This document shows positions 45,461-64,000 of a stretch of DNA of 64,000 nt, one piece after another. Source of the DNA: Podarcis cretensis (Eukaryota); assembly GCA_951804945.1 (NCBI GenBank), contig OX638158.1:30380001-30444000 (forward strand), in the 5' to 3' direction. The position numbers and the translations under genes are program-made. The notes below the pieces were generated by a model, which saw only the letters and a list, made by a program, of their open reading frames with translations, was not told the DNA's origin and did no database searches. Numbering within the stretch: the stretch's first letter is position 1; every line of letters starts with the position of its first letter.

Positions 45461-47494
45461 ACAAGGCTATCTGTTGCCTGGCCAATATCTTTCCACTTCC
45501 ATCTGTCAGTCACATCTGTCCTTACCAATTCAAAATGGGAACAAATTCAACAGCTAACGTAGGCAATTCAGTCATCATTCCACAAGATAACTCATCAACC
45601 AAATTAATATTATACAAGAGACAGAGTATAGGTAGGCTAAAAGCTGATAAATTCAGCCATTCCAAATGTCATGAAAATCCAAGTCTTCATCAATACTTTT
45701 AATATTTTCTGAGATTTTTTTCACCCATGAAAATAAGTGGCCCTCAGCTCCCTATAGCTTTATATTGTGTGTACTGTATAAATGAATGGGGATTTCCTCT
45801 ATTTACTTCTCTCACACTGAGATTTAAAAGTCTGGGTCTGGGTCAATCCTTAGACAATGCTTATAACACAAGTCTGAAACACAATAATTCTCAACTGTTG
45901 TAATCTTATGCAACTGAGCAGTCACCACTTTGACCTGTGATTTATTGTACGTATTTCCTCATGTCATCAGTGAGAAGAAAAACCCTAGTATTCACAATAT
46001 CACTAATTTTACCTTGCTCTTTTTATTAGGAACTGGCCACTAATTGTCAGATTTTGACAACGCCCATACTGACTGGATTGAATTTCATTACTGAGTGCTG
46101 AATAGTACAGTAACACACAGCTCTCTTGCAGTGCTTGAAATATTGTGACTCCACGCTACAAAGATACAGCATCTTCCTCTCTTCCTTATGTATTCCAGAT
46201 GTATACATGTCTACATAGTATGTGAATTTTTTTGTGGAAGAATTTTGTATTTTGAGAAGATAAGTGATTCTTCCATCTTGGTTATTGGCACATCCTACAG
46301 GCCCAGGAAAGTTTATGCTACAAAACATGTTAATCTTTAAAATACCAAAAAGCTTTCTTACTTTTCCTAAAGGTGCAGACTAGATGGAACACCAATATAA
46401 AGTATTTGTCTATCTAAAGAAACTTAAAATAACTGAATAAAAAACCCCTCAAAAGTCATGTATTTTAAGTGATTTTTAAATTTGAACTTTAGATTGTCCT
46501 AACCTGGCCTGGGACCTGCTGGTGAAGAACAGGTAATAACAATAGCAGTAGCATTATTATTATTGCTTGTCTGCTGGCTAATGGATAAGAAATGCGAAAC
46601 CAGGAACACCAGTGCCAAAACAAAAGCGCTTGGGCTGAGTGAGGCTTCACCGATTTAAACGAAGGCTTTGAGCATTTGGAGATTAGTCCAGACACGTTTC
46701 AGTGCCACCTCCTCGCTCTCAAAATGAGGCTGAAAAACAAGGAAACAAAACGTTATTGGCCTTGGGCGAAAGTCACGGAACGCAAGTATGACTGCTCGAT
46801 TGCATAAGATTATCACCGCTCAAAGCGATTTATTTCAACCCCGTTTCATCAGCTTTTGCCAGGGATTATCCCGGGCGAGACAATCTGTCTCAGAGACAGA
46901 AGTAAATAGAGGCAATCCCCCATTCAATCACAAAATGGGTTGGGGTATTTGATTGGCTTTGGCATATGTACACTCCTTCTTATTGGCCGCCACGATAAAA
47001 TCCCCGCCTTCTTTTCTCACCTACTCACCTCGGCCATAATCTTGTTTTCTGATTGGCGGAGGCTGCACTCCCGCCTATTACTTAAATGTTTGCCACGATT
47101 GGCGAGGAACTTTGTTTATCATGCATTCTTCCCTCCCATTGGCCGCGAGCAGATAGAAATATAACACCGCCCCGCTCCTGCCCAGAGTTTCCAGAATAGA
47201 GATAAATAAAAATCCCAGTAGCGCTGCTGCCGCTGCTTTTACTTTCTGAACCGGAGGAACCGCAAAAAGGGTCTTCGAAGGAGACATGGCTTATCCATAT
47301 TAATAAGCTGCGGGTTGTCATAGCAATACAGCAATTACTAACAGCGCGGCTCCCCGATTGGTCAGCAGGGTACTAAATTATTAAGCAGGCCCGTTCGGGG
47401 GGCGGAGCTCGGCGGGCTCCTCCGGCTCGGTCGACGCGAGGGGTGGGCGGGGCCTATGCTAATGAGGCCGGAGAAGGAGGCCGGGGCTGCCAAG

Positions 47495-63833
<16,339 letters not shown>

Positions 63834-64000
63834 ACATCGTTTTTAATCACTGCGGAATTCGCACCCTCCCCTTCTTCAACCCAAAAACCCGGAGCAGCCT
63901 AACCAAAATCCATCCCAGCTGATCTGCTACTGTGGAACTTCTCCTCCTCCTCCTCGCCTCTGGGAGAGGAGCCACCGGGGGGACGCAGGGTTTACAGTTT

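Overview
Eukaryotic genomic DNA from a squamate reptile. Full-length Sauria SINEs, Bov-B, CR1/L2 and Penelope-like fragments point to a lizard, probably a lacertid (inference). The window holds five intron-containing genes in the conserved amniote order FAM227A(-) / CBY1(+) / TOMM22(+) / JOSD1(-) / GTPBP1(+). I rebuilt every coding exon by hand with consistent splice phases: FAM227A about 540 aa in 15 exons, CBY1 126 aa, TOMM22 138 aa, JOSD1 202 aa and GTPBP1 669 aa. There are four CpG-rich promoter regions. Most ORFs in the supplied track are exon read-throughs or noise. I found no convincing wholly new biological system. The best second-look items are: two minor-spliceosome (U12) introns in FAM227A, one GT-AG and one AT-AC; a candidate in-frame 42-nt cassette exon in the last GTPBP1 intron; a young TA-flanked non-autonomous transposon carrying a tandem array of GC-rich palindromes; nested DNA-transposon insertions; two tRNA-headed SINEs with different heads but a shared CR1 tail; and a perfect 60-bp (AAT)/(ATT) palindrome.
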